A stretch of 64,000 bases of DNA. Source: Octopus bimaculoides. Lineage: Eukaryota. The stretch spans positions 49,761,148 to 49,825,147 of the forward strand of contig NC_068982.1 of NCBI RefSeq assembly GCF_001194135.2, written 5' to 3'. The notes under the pieces are model-generated. The model was not told the origin of the DNA, ran no database searches, and saw nothing but the letters and a program-made list of their open reading frames with translations. Below are positions 63,482-64,000 of this stretch, piece by piece; within the stretch, counting starts at the first letter, position 1, and every line of letters begins with the position of its first letter. The translations under genes were made by a program, and so were the position numbers.

Positions 63482-64000
63482 CCAACACACTTGAAACCTC
63501 CCCACTTGGTACTGTGGCTCAAATTTCCTATTTAACTCTTTTGGTATCATATTTCTATTGAGATGCTCTGTAACTTAGTTATAATTAAGCTAATGATAGG
63601 TACATAAATTGTGTCTAAGATTTAGAGGAAGATTTTAATTCAGAACTTTTGAAAACACTACAGAGTCAGAGGTGGTTTCAGCCTGGTTGGTATCAAAAGG
63701 GTTAAATTCATCTAGGCTTAAACCTTCCGTCAAAATTTATGCTAATTTATGTTTCAAACACCATCATACTAACGACAAATTATTTTACTAAATTCTTTAT
63801 TATTTTCAAAATTGATTGAAATAAAGGTGGTGTGTTTGATAGAAAGATGAAAAATGAAAGAAGTCAATTGTATATATATATGTATATAGTATGAGTGTGA
63901 GTGTATTTACATGAGTGTGTGCTACCACAACTTGAGATCATGTGACAGTTGTAAACAAGTGTCACCATCATACAAATGATGCAGTTCATCTCCAGTCTCT

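Overview
AT-rich, microsatellite- and transposon-dense eukaryotic genomic DNA with several N gaps. The repeat families (RTE LINE tails ending in (GAT)n, bipartite SINEs with a central microsatellite, tRNA-headed SINEs, TTAA-flanked MITEs) suggest an octopus/cephalopod genome; this is inference. The only host gene I can support is KATNIP/KIAA0556 (katanin-interacting protein) on the minus strand. Two consecutive, phase-compatible coding exons are visible (46256-46079 and 34033-33868), separated by a ~12.0-kb intron; the neighbouring exons were not found in the window. The rest is intronic or intergenic and filled with decayed elements: Tc1/mariner copies, an RTE LINE lacking its RT core, two Penelope-like fragments, R4-clade-like fragments, and hAT-, piggyBac- and TA-type MITEs. 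The most notable observations are two complete hammerhead-ribozyme folds. One (46662-46604, minus) lies in a ~450-bp element, sense to KATNIP and 359 nt upstream of a splice acceptor. Its stem I has one A:C mismatch that A-to-I editing could repair. The other (26901-26988, plus) is a minimal hammerhead with a palindromic stem-III loop inside a TIR-bounded MITE-like element. Several long fold-back structures are also present, including a nested inverted-repeat region at 59.7-60.4 kb with hammerhead-like cores. All structures were folded and aligned by eye.
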